This document shows, piece by piece, positions 9,051 through 17,949 of a stretch of DNA of 44,371 nt. The position numbers were made by a program, and so were the translations under genes. The DNA lies in NCBI GenBank assembly GCA_016784145.1, contig JADHVF010000002.1:178357-222727 (forward strand), in the 5' to 3' direction. Positions within the stretch are counted from its first letter, which is position 1; each line of letters starts with the position of its first letter. The notes beneath the pieces were generated by a model that saw only the letters and a program-made list of their open reading frames with translations, did no database searches and was not told where the DNA came from. The stretch is from Patescibacteria group bacterium (GTDB lineage Bacteria; Patescibacteriota; Patescibacteriia; UBA2591; UBA6264).

Positions 9051-10646
9051 ATGATAAATAAATCCAAGACAAGACAATCTGTCATGTTAGTTATTCTTGA
9101 TGGGTGGGGAGTGGCCGAACCAAATCAAGGCAATGCTATTGAGTTAGCAAACACTCCTTTTTTTGATTTTTTGAAAAATAAATATCCATCCACAGAACTT
9201 TGCGCTCATGGCACTAGGGTTGGTTTACCCAAAAATCAAATAGGCAATTCAGAAGCAGGGCATTTGAATATAGGAGCAGGTAGAATAGTAGAGGATGACG
9301 CAGTTCAAATAAATAAAAGTATTAAAAACACCCGTTTTTTTAAAAATCCTGCTTTTGCTGAAGGCATCAGATATTTAAAAACCAATCAATCAAAAGTTCA
9401 TTTAATGGGGCTGATAACTGAAGAAAACAGTGCTCATTCTTCTCCAGAACATTGGCTGGCCATGATTAATCTTTTAAGAAAACAGAATATTAAAGAGGTA
9501 TTTCTTCATCTTTTTACTGATGGCAGGGATTCTCCACAACATCAAGCAGTCAAAATTTTAGAAAGGTTTGTTAAAGATTTTAAAGAAAATAATCATAATT
9601 CACATTTTAATAATAAAATAAAAGTTAGAATTGCTAGTGTTTGCGGGCGGTTTTATGCAATGGATAGAAAGAAAAAATGGGAGAGCACTGAACAAGCATA
9701 TGATTTATTAGTCTTGGGCAAGGGCAGAAAAGCCCGGACTGCTAAACAAGCAATTGTGCAGGCCTATAATAGAAATGAAACAGATGAATTTATTTCGCCC
9801 ACAGTAATAACTAACCATGTTAACAAGCCAGTTGCTTTAATAGATGATAATGATTTGGTTGTTTTCATGAACTTGCGTTCAGACAGGGCTAGAGAACTTT
9901 CCAAAGCATTTTGTCAGATAGAATTTAATAGCCAAAATCCAAATAGTTTTAAAAGAAAAAAAATAGTAGATGTTTTTTTTATAGCTTTAACTGATTTTGG
10001 TCCTGATTTAGGAGATATTAGAGTTGCTTATCCATCAATAGAAGTTAAGGATAGTTTACCAATTGCTTTAACTGGATTAACTCAGTTTTATATTGCTGAA
10101 ACAGAAAAATATGCTCATGTTACATTTTTCTTTAACGGAGGACATGCTGGCCAAGTAGCTAATGAAGAGCAAAAACTTATTCCATCTAAAGATGTTAAAA
10201 CCTATGATGTTGTGCCAAACATGAATTCAGATATTGTTTGTGATGAAATAATAAATAAAATTAAAGATGACCATCCTGATTTTATTGTTGTTAATTTTTG
10301 CGACCCAGACATGATAGGACATACAGGGAATTTGCAAGCAGGCATAAAAAGCATTGAACATCTTGATGTTGTTTTAAAAAAATTAGTTAAAAATAGTCAA
10401 GCAAATAATTATACTACCATTATTACGGCTGACCATGGCAATATAGAGAAAATGATAGACCTAGATACCAGTGAAATTCATACCAGTCACACGACAAATC
10501 CAGTACCATTTATTTTGGTTGATGAAAAATTCAAGACAATTAAATTAAGAAACAAGGGCAAGTTAAGTGATATTGCTCCGACTATTTTAGATATAATGAA
10601 GCAAGACAAACCAGCTAAAATGACTGGCAAAAGTTTGCTTATATAA
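9051..10646 (+). CDS. gpmI: 2,3-bisphosphoglycerate-independent phosphoglycerate mutase, paralog 1
   Basis: 531 aa with VILDGWG, GNSEAGHLNIGAGR (catalytic Ser), TDGRDSP, GRFYAMDRKKKWE, NLRSDRAREL, AETEKYAHVTFFFNGG, DPDMIGHTGN, TADHGN and HTTNPVPF. Confidence 0.85.
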   Translation: MINKSKTRQSVMLVILDGWGVAEPNQGNAIELANTPFFDFLKNKYPSTELCAHGTRVGLPKNQIGNSEAGHLNIGAGRIVEDDAVQINKSIKNTRFFKNPAFAEGIRYLKTNQSKVHLMGLITEENSAHSSPEHWLAMINLLRKQNIKEVFLHLFTDGRDSPQHQAVKILERFVKDFKENNHNSHFNNKIKVRIASVCGRFYAMDRKKKWESTEQAYDLLVLGKGRKARTAKQAIVQAYNRNETDEFISPTVITNHVNKPVALIDDNDLVVFMNLRSDRARELSKAFCQIEFNSQNPNSFKRKKIVDVFFIALTDFGPDLGDIRVAYPSIEVKDSLPIALTGLTQFYIAETEKYAHVTFFFNGGHAGQVANEEQKLIPSKDVKTYDVVPNMNSDIVCDEIINKIKDDHPDFIVVNFCDPDMIGHTGNLQAGIKSIEHLDVVLKKLVKNSQANNYTTIITADHGNIEKMIDLDTSEIHTSHTTNPVPFILVDEKFKTIKLRNKGKLSDIAPTILDIMKQDKPAKMTGKSLLI

Positions 10647-10655
10647 ATAAAAATT

Positions 10656-12239
10656 ATGATAACCAATTCTAATAAAATAAAACCAGTAGTTTTAATCATA
10701 TTAGATGGATTTGGGGTTGCTCCTCCTAGTCAAGGAAATGCAATCTCTTTAGCTAAAATGCCAGTTTTTAATCAATTAGTAAATGCTTATCCGTCCATGG
10801 TTATTCAGTCTTCAGGAGAGGCAGTTGGGCTTAGTTGGGGAGAGCCGGGAAATTCAGAAGTGGGACATCTTAACATAGGGGCTGGTAAAATTGTTTGGCA
10901 AAGCTTGCCCATGATTAACCAAGCAATCATTGATAATAGTTTTTTCAGCAATAAAGAATTTTTACAAGCAATTAATCATGCTAAAGAAAATAATTCAGAC
11001 CTTCATTTAATGGGGCTTATTTCTAATGGCAATATTCATTCTTCTTTAAACCATCTTTATGCTCTTTTAGAAATGGCTAAAAAAAATAACTTTACCAGAG
11101 TATATATCCATGCTATTTTAGATGGACGAGATAGTCCTAGAGATTCAGCCCAGAGATTTATTAACGATGTTTTAGATAAAATAAAATCAATTGGCGTGGG
11201 ACAGATTGCTACTTTATCAGGCAGGTTTTGGGCAATGGATAGAGACAATAGATGGGATAGAATAGAGGTTTCTTATTTGGCAATAGTTAAAGGGTTGGCA
11301 GAAAAAGAATACACAGACCCTTTGAAAGCAATTCAAGAGTCGTATAAACAAGAAGTTTACGACGAGCAATTAAAGCCAGTTGTTATTAAAAAAGAGATTA
11401 ACCAGGAGTCATTTAAAATAAAAGATAATGATGCAGTTATATTTTTTAATTTTAGAGCAGACAGGGCCAGAGAATTAACCAGGGCATTAGTTTTAGATGA
11501 TTTTAAACAATTTAAAACAATTAAAATAAAAAATTTATTTTTTTGCACCATGACAGAATATGAGCAGGATTTGCCAGTAAAAATTGCTTTTCCATCTGTT
11601 AGGATTGAAAATCCATTAGCAAAAGTAATCAGTGATAAGGGGCTAAAACAAATGCATATTGCTGAAACAGAAAAATATGCTCATGTTACATTTTTTTTAA
11701 ACGGGGGAAGGGAACAGGCTTTTGATGGCGAAGACAGGAAATTAATTCCTTCACCAGGAATTTCATCTTATGACGCCAAGCCAGCTATGTCAGCTTATGA
11801 AATTCTTCATCAAGCGCTTTTTTCTATTGATAGTCAAAAATATAAGTTTGTGGCAATTAATTTTGCTAACCCAGACATGGTCTCCCATACTGGAAATTTA
11901 CCTGCCACCATAGAAGCATTGGAATCATTAGATGAAATTCTGGGACAAATTGTAGATATTTCTTTAAAAAATAATACAGCTGTTTTGATTACGTCTGACC
12001 ATGGCAATGCAGAAGTTTTAGTTAATCTAAGGACAGGAGAGATAGACAAAGAACATAATAATAATCCAGTCCCACTTATTATTATTGATAATAGTTTAAA
12101 AAAAGAAGATGCTTTATTGAGCCAAGTAGACCTAAATACAATGACACCTAGTGGTGTTTTGGCAGATATTGCTCCTACAATATTAAAAATAATGGGCATT
12201 GATAAACCAGATGAAATGACTGGCACGCCTTTAATATAA
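10656..12239 (+). CDS. gpmI: 2,3-bisphosphoglycerate-independent phosphoglycerate mutase, paralog 2
   Basis: 527 aa with ILDGFG, GNSEVGHLNIGAGK, LDGRDSP, GRFWAMDRDNRWDR, NFRADRAREL, AETEKYAHVTFFLNGG, NPDMVSHTGN, TSDHGN and HNNNPVPL. It is closer to the canonical iPGM consensus than paralog 1. Confidence 0.85.
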   Translation: MITNSNKIKPVVLIILDGFGVAPPSQGNAISLAKMPVFNQLVNAYPSMVIQSSGEAVGLSWGEPGNSEVGHLNIGAGKIVWQSLPMINQAIIDNSFFSNKEFLQAINHAKENNSDLHLMGLISNGNIHSSLNHLYALLEMAKKNNFTRVYIHAILDGRDSPRDSAQRFINDVLDKIKSIGVGQIATLSGRFWAMDRDNRWDRIEVSYLAIVKGLAEKEYTDPLKAIQESYKQEVYDEQLKPVVIKKEINQESFKIKDNDAVIFFNFRADRARELTRALVLDDFKQFKTIKIKNLFFCTMTEYEQDLPVKIAFPSVRIENPLAKVISDKGLKQMHIAETEKYAHVTFFLNGGREQAFDGEDRKLIPSPGISSYDAKPAMSAYEILHQALFSIDSQKYKFVAINFANPDMVSHTGNLPATIEALESLDEILGQIVDISLKNNTAVLITSDHGNAEVLVNLRTGEIDKEHNNNPVPLIIIDNSLKKEDALLSQVDLNTMTPSGVLADIAPTILKIMGIDKPDEMTGTPLI

Positions 12240-12268
12240 TAAAAAATAATAATTAATTAAATTTTTTT

Positions 12269-12616
12269 ATGGAAATAAAATATTTTACACAAGGAATTAA
12301 TTTAACTCAAGAATCAAAAAATCTTTTAGAAAAAAAACTTCTAAAATTGGAACATTTTTCTAATAAAATATGGGAGGCAAAAATAGATGCTAGTTATAGA
12401 GCTACTAGGCCAAGAGAAAATTCTTTTCGTCTGGAAGTTAACTTAAAAATGCCAGACAGGATTTTGCGGGGAGTAGCCACTTCTTCAACTCTTCAAAATA
12501 GCATTGACCAAGTTGAAGATAAATTAAAACAACAATTAAGAAAATACAAAGGATTTATTCAAACCAGAAAAAGAATTACTCAAAAAATAATGAGAAAATT
12601 AAAATCAATAAAATAA
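12269..12616 (+). CDS. hpf: Ribosome hibernation-promoting factor / RaiA family (short form)
   Basis: 115 aa. The N-terminal pattern (I..TQGINLTQESKNLLEKKLLKLEHF....A.I) and a basic tail fit the family. Its position directly upstream of secA matches the Firmicutes-type hpf-secA synteny. Confidence 0.6.
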   Translation: MEIKYFTQGINLTQESKNLLEKKLLKLEHFSNKIWEAKIDASYRATRPRENSFRLEVNLKMPDRILRGVATSSTLQNSIDQVEDKLKQQLRKYKGFIQTRKRITQKIMRKLKSIK

Positions 12617-12620
12617 ATCA

Positions 12621-15389
12621 ATGTCTTTTATATCTAAATATTTTAAAAATCCAAACGAAAAAGAATTAGACAATCTCAATCCAATGGTTGAGGAGATTAA
12701 TGCTCTTGAATCAGATTTTGCTAAATTGTCTAACAAAGAACTGCTTGCTAAAACGAATCAATTAAAAGAAAAACTAAAAGCAGGGCAATCATTGGATAGT
12801 ATTTTGCCTTTTGCTTTTGCTTTAGTTAGACAAGCGAGTAAAAAAACTTTAGACCAAAGACATTATAATGTTCAATTAGTTGGGGGAATTGCTCTTCATC
12901 AAGGGAAAGTGATTGAAATGAAAACAGGAGAAGGAAAAACATTAGCAGCTACTTTAGCTGTTTTTTTAAATGCATTGGCGGGCAAAGGTGTTCACGTGAT
13001 AACAGTAAATGATTATTTGTCAAAAAGAGATGTGATTTGGATGGGGCAGATTTATCATGCTTTAGGCATGAGTGTGAGTTGTATTGTTCATGAATCAGCC
13101 TTTATTTATGACCCCTTGTATCTGAAAGAGGAAAATGATTTAGATAGAGACAAACAAAGAGATGAAATGGGAGGATTTAAGATAGAAGAATCATATCTTA
13201 GGCCGGTTTCTAGAAAACAGGCCTATTTGGCTGATATTACTTATGGTACTAATAACGAGTTTGGTTTTGACTATTTAAGAGATAATTTAGTTCAAGCTGA
13301 ATCAGAGTTGTCTCAAAGAGAATTAAATTATGCTGTTATTGATGAAGTTGATAGTATTTTAATAGATGAAGCTAGAACGCCTCTTATTATTTCTGCTAAA
13401 GCAGAAGAATCAGCTGATTTGTATCAAAAATTATCCATTTTAATCAAGGCCTTAACGTCTGGCAAGGAATATGTTGTAGACGAAGAATTGAGAGCTGTCA
13501 CATTGACAGAACAAGGAATGAATAAGTTATCAGAGACCCTTGGTAAGGATCCTTGGGAGAATAATGATTTTAATTTAATTCATCACATTGATGTGGCTTT
13601 AAAGGCAATGGTTCTTTTTCAAAAAGATAGAGATTATGTTATTAAAAAAGGAGAAATTATTATTGTTGATGAGTTTACAGGGAGGTTAATGGTTGGCAGA
13701 AGATATTCAGAAGGCCTACATCAAGCTATTGAAGCCAAAGAAGGAGTTAGTATAAAAGAAGAATCAAAAACACTGGCTACGGTTAGTTTTCAAAATTATT
13801 TTAGATATTATAAAAAATTAGCTGGCATGACAGGCACGGCTTTAACAGAGGCAGAAGAGTTTGATAAAATTTATAAACTTGAAGTTTTGGCTGTACCAAC
13901 TCATAAACAAAGAAAAAGAGATGATTTAGCAGATGTTATTTATAGAACAAATCAGGCAAAATTAGCAGCAGTTATTCAGGATGTTAAAGAAAGGAATAAG
14001 CAAGGGCAACCAATTTTAATTGGCACGGGTGGATTTGCAATTGGAGAAAAGACAGTTGGGGCGATAGAGAAGAATAGAATTATTAAAGATATGTTAACCA
14101 AAGAGGGGATATCAGCCAATGTTTTAGATGCCACTAATCATAAAAAAGAGGGAGAAATTATTGCTCAAGCAGGTAGGGTTGGAGCAGTTACAGTGGCCAC
14201 TAATATGGCTGGGAGAGGAGTAGATATTGTTTTAGGGGGAAATCCTATTGAACCTGATGCCCAGCAAAAGGTAATAGAATTAGGAGGACTTCATATTATT
14301 GGAACCGAAAGACATGAGGCTAGGAGAATAGACAACCAGTTACGAGGCAGGGCTGGCCGACAAGGGGACCCAGGTTCTTCACAATTTTTTATTTCTCTTG
14401 AAGATGACTTAATGCGTATTTTTGGAGGCAGTCGTTTAGCAGGCCTAATGGAAGGATTAAAAATGCCAGTTGATATGCCAATTGAAAGCAAGCTTGTTTC
14501 TAAATCAATAGAATCAGCCCAAAAAAAAGTAGAAGGATTTAATTTTGATACTAGAAAACATTTATTAGAATATGACGATGTTTTAAACAAGCATAGAGAG
14601 ACAATTTATTCTAAAAGAAAGCTAATTTTAAAAATGAAGCACGATGAAATTAAATCAGCCATTTTAAAAATTGTTAAGACAGAGATAGGTATTATTGTTA
14701 ATGGTCATTTTCCTAAACAAAATAATTATATTGAAGAAACTAAATTAAATGATTTTATACAACAAACAAATATTGCTATTAATTCTATTTTTCGCACAGA
14801 AAACAATATTATAAATGAACTTAAAAGTATTTGTAAATCAATTTTAGGCAATACTAGGCAAATATCTATTAAAAAAACAATTCAGACAAAAGAGAAAATA
14901 ATAGAATATTTATCCACGCAGGCCATGGAGGCTTTTAATAATTTAGAAGAAAATATTAAAGCTTCATTAAAAGACAAGCAAGAGGAAATAATGACTAAAA
15001 TTTGGCGTTCGCTTTGGTTGCAGAACATTGATAGAAGTTGGATTAATCATTTAGAAATAATTGATAATTTAAAAGGAGGAATTGGGCTAAGAGCTTATGG
15101 GCAGAGAGATCCATTAATAGAATATAAAGGAGAATCTTTTAAAAAGTTTAATCAGCTTTTAAAAGAAATAGACAAACAAATAGTATATTCTGTTTATAAA
15201 ATTGGACCAACAGCCAAAGTTCATAGCGCTTCTATTAAAGAATTGAATTTACAGGGAGCTCCTAAAACAACTGTTAAAAAACAAATTGAGTTTAAGAGAC
15301 AAACAGGCACTAAAATAGGGCGAAATGATATTTGTTTATGTGGCTCTGGCAAGAAATATAAAAAATGTTGTTATCCAAAATATGATTAA
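12621..15389 (+). CDS. secA: Preprotein translocase ATPase SecA
   Basis: 922 aa with Walker A (MKTGEGKTL), the DEAD-like IDEVDSILIDEARTPLIIS, TNMAGRGVDI, IGTERHEARRIDNQLRGRAGRQGDPG and a C-terminal zinc motif (CLCGSGKKYKKCC). Confidence 0.95.
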   Translation: MSFISKYFKNPNEKELDNLNPMVEEINALESDFAKLSNKELLAKTNQLKEKLKAGQSLDSILPFAFALVRQASKKTLDQRHYNVQLVGGIALHQGKVIEMKTGEGKTLAATLAVFLNALAGKGVHVITVNDYLSKRDVIWMGQIYHALGMSVSCIVHESAFIYDPLYLKEENDLDRDKQRDEMGGFKIEESYLRPVSRKQAYLADITYGTNNEFGFDYLRDNLVQAESELSQRELNYAVIDEVDSILIDEARTPLIISAKAEESADLYQKLSILIKALTSGKEYVVDEELRAVTLTEQGMNKLSETLGKDPWENNDFNLIHHIDVALKAMVLFQKDRDYVIKKGEIIIVDEFTGRLMVGRRYSEGLHQAIEAKEGVSIKEESKTLATVSFQNYFRYYKKLAGMTGTALTEAEEFDKIYKLEVLAVPTHKQRKRDDLADVIYRTNQAKLAAVIQDVKERNKQGQPILIGTGGFAIGEKTVGAIEKNRIIKDMLTKEGISANVLDATNHKKEGEIIAQAGRVGAVTVATNMAGRGVDIVLGGNPIEPDAQQKVIELGGLHIIGTERHEARRIDNQLRGRAGRQGDPGSSQFFISLEDDLMRIFGGSRLAGLMEGLKMPVDMPIESKLVSKSIESAQKKVEGFNFDTRKHLLEYDDVLNKHRETIYSKRKLILKMKHDEIKSAILKIVKTEIGIIVNGHFPKQNNYIEETKLNDFIQQTNIAINSIFRTENNIINELKSICKSILGNTRQISIKKTIQTKEKIIEYLSTQAMEAFNNLEENIKASLKDKQEEIMTKIWRSLWLQNIDRSWINHLEIIDNLKGGIGLRAYGQRDPLIEYKGESFKKFNQLLKEIDKQIVYSVYKIGPTAKVHSASIKELNLQGAPKTTVKKQIEFKRQTGTKIGRNDICLCGSGKKYKKCCYPKYD

Positions 15390-15394
15390 GTAGC

Positions 15395-15422
15395 TGGACA
15401 AAAATTTATTTTTTGTTAAAAT
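15395..15422 (+). promoter_or_regulatory. Candidate sigma70-type promoter for secDF (TGGACA-16-TAAAAT with upstream TG)
   Basis: The -35 TGGACA is at 15395-15400 and the -10 TAAAAT at 15417-15422, preceded by TGt. It lies in the 56-nt secA-secD gap. Confidence 0.4.
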
Positions 15423-15445
15423 ACAAAAACTAGATACATATATTT

Positions 15446-17074
15446 ATGGAAAGAAATAAAATTTGGACAATTTTTGTTTTTATCATCGCTTTAGCTGTTT
15501 TATCTTTACTAATTGATATTCCTCAGTTGCCAGAATGGGTGCCAGGGAATAAGTGGTTTTCAAAACAAAAGATTCATTTAGGATTGGACTTGCAAGGAGG
15601 AGCTCAGTTAACCTATCAAATGAATCTTGATGATATCCCAAGCAAGGACAGGGCTTCTTCTATTGATGGTGTTAGAGATGTTATTGAACGGCGGGTTAAT
15701 GTCTGGGGAGTGTCAGAGCCAGTTGTACAAACAGCTAATGTAGGTAATTCTTGGAGATTACTGGTTGAGTTGCCAGGCATCAAAGATGTTAACAAGGCAA
15801 TTGCTATGATTGGAGAAACTCCTATTTTGGAATTCAAGGAGCAAGCACCAGTTAAAGAAATTACGGCAGAAGAAAAACAAGCAGTAAAAAATTTTAATGA
15901 AGAAGTTAAAGTCAAAGCAGACCAAGCATTAGTTATGGCTTTAAAAGGAGAACAAGAATTTTCAGAATTAGTAGCCGAGTTTTCTCAAGAGCCAGGCGCA
16001 GATGAAAACAAGGGAGTGCTTGATTGGTTTAAAAAAGGAGTCATGTTGCCGGAATTTGAAAAAGTTGTTTTCGAAGATTTGAAAGTTGGAGAGATTACAC
16101 AAGAGTTAGTAGAAACACAATTTGGATATCATATTATTAAAAAAATTGATGAAAGAACAAATGAAGATGGAGAATTAGAAGCAAAAGCTAGTCATATTTT
16201 GTTTTTTATTCAATCAGAGCAAACAATGATTAAGCAGCCAGAATGGAATTATACAGGGTTAACAGGCAAACAATTAAAAAGAGCTTATGTTACCTTTAAT
16301 TCGCAAACAAATGATCCAGAAATTTCTTTAGAGTTTAATAAACAAGGAACAAAATTATTTGGTGAAATTACAACTAGAAACGTTGATAAACCAGTTGCTA
16401 TTTTCCTTGATAATATTCCTTTAAGTATTCCAACAGTTAGAGAACCAATTACCACGGGCATGGCAGTGATTACAGGGAAATTTGCCTTAAAAGAAGCAAA
16501 GCAATTATCACAACGATTGGTGGCAGGTGCTTTGCCAGTTCCAATAGAATTGATTGGTCAACAGAACATAGGTCCTAGTTTGGGAAAAATTTCTGTCCAA
16601 GAAAGTTTTGTGGCTTGTTTGTTAGGTTTTTTGATTATTATAATTTTCATGATTTCTTTTTACAGATTTAGGGGATTGTTGGCTAGTTTTGCCTTGCTTA
16701 TTTATGCTTTAATTGTAATGGCTTTGTTTAAGTTAATCCCAGTCACTCTTACTTTAGCTGGAGTAGCTGGTTTTATTTTGTCTTTAGGCATGGCAGTTGA
16801 TGCTAATATTTTAATATTTGAACGATTAAAAGATGAGGAACGTATTGGCAAGCATATTTTTGCTGCTATAGATGACGGGGTTGCTCATGCTTGGACAGCT
16901 ATTAGGGATAGCAATATTACAACTTTAATTGTTTGTTTTATTCTTTATAGTTTTGGGACAGGTTTGGTAAAAGGATTTGGATTAACCCTTGGCATTGGTG
17001 TTTTGGTTAGCATGTTTACAGCTATTGTTGTCACAAAAACATTTTTAAAATTAACAGCTCGAGAACATGATTAA
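15446..17074 (+). CDS. secD: Protein translocase subunit SecD with inserted parvulin-type PPIase domain
   Basis: 542 aa. N-terminal TM segment, LGLDLQGG, P1 base ([24 protein letters not shown]), a C-terminal 6-TM SecD/F core (GPSLG..[27 protein letters not shown]). Residues ~140-256 match the PpiC/Par10 rotamase domain (see finding). Confidence 0.9.
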   Translation: [542 protein letters not shown]

Positions 17075-17945
17075 TTTTGTTAAACATAAACAAATATTTT
17101 TTTATTTTTCAGGAACTCTTTTATTGATTTCTGTCTTATCTTTGTTTTCTTTTGGTCTTAACTTAGGAATTGATTTTCTAGGGGGCAGCATGTTAGAAAT
17201 AAAATACTTAGAAGAAAGTCCAACCGTGGATGAAGTTAGAGACAAGGTGGCTGATTTTGATGATTTAGGAGAGATTAAAATTCAAGCAACTAAAAATAAT
17301 GGATTTATTTTAAGATTCAAAAATATAGACCAACAAACACATCAAGACATGCTGGACAAATTAGGAAAAGTAGAAGAACAAAGATTTGAATCAATTGGCC
17401 CGGTGATTGGAGAGCAGGCAGCTAAAAATGCTAGATGGGCAATAACGCTTGCTTTGCTAGCTGTTATTCTTTATGTGGCATGGGCTTTTAGAAAATTAGC
17501 CAGGATTTCTAGTAAAAAAGAATCATGGAAATATGGAGCCGGAGCTTTATTGGCTTTATTTCATGATGTTTTAATCTTGTTAGGGTTTTTTGCTATTTTT
17601 AATCATTTTAATTCCTCGGAAATAAACATAGATTTTATAATAGCAATTTTGACTGTTTTGGGTTATTCGATTAATGATACAATTGTTATTTATGACAGGA
17701 TAAGAGAGAATTTATTGTCATTTAAGTTTAAGCATATGGCCGAAGCAATTAATTCATCCTTAAATGAAACAATTGTTCGGTCATTAAATACATCTTTAAC
17801 AACTTTGTTGGTTTTATTAGTTCTTTATCTTTTTGGGGGAGAATCAATGAAGAATTTTGTTTTAGCAATGATGGTCGGGATTGGCATTGGGACATATTCT
17901 TCAATTGCCATTGCTAGTCAATTTTTATTATTTAAAAGAAAGTAA
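17067..17945 (+). CDS. secF: Protein translocase subunit SecF
   Basis: 292 aa with GIDFLGGS, and a 6-TM core containing LGYSINDTIVIYDRIREN. It overlaps the secD stop by 8 nt. Confidence 0.9.
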   Translation: MINFVKHKQIFFYFSGTLLLISVLSLFSFGLNLGIDFLGGSMLEIKYLEESPTVDEVRDKVADFDDLGEIKIQATKNNGFILRFKNIDQQTHQDMLDKLGKVEEQRFESIGPVIGEQAAKNARWAITLALLAVILYVAWAFRKLARISSKKESWKYGAGALLALFHDVLILLGFFAIFNHFNSSEINIDFIIAILTVLGYSINDTIVIYDRIRENLLSFKFKHMAEAINSSLNETIVRSLNTSLTTLLVLLVLYLFGGESMKNFVLAMMVGIGIGTYSSIAIASQFLLFKRK

Positions 17946-17949
17946 AAAT

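Noticed and set aside
13990-14110. Small insertion in SecA after the second nucleotide-binding fold (GTGGFAIGEKTVGAIEKNRIIKDML versus the usual compact GT.S.E.SE motif).
   Set aside because: It is only a handful of extra residues in a loop region known to vary. I cannot align it rigorously by eye, and it is not distinctive enough to report as a finding.
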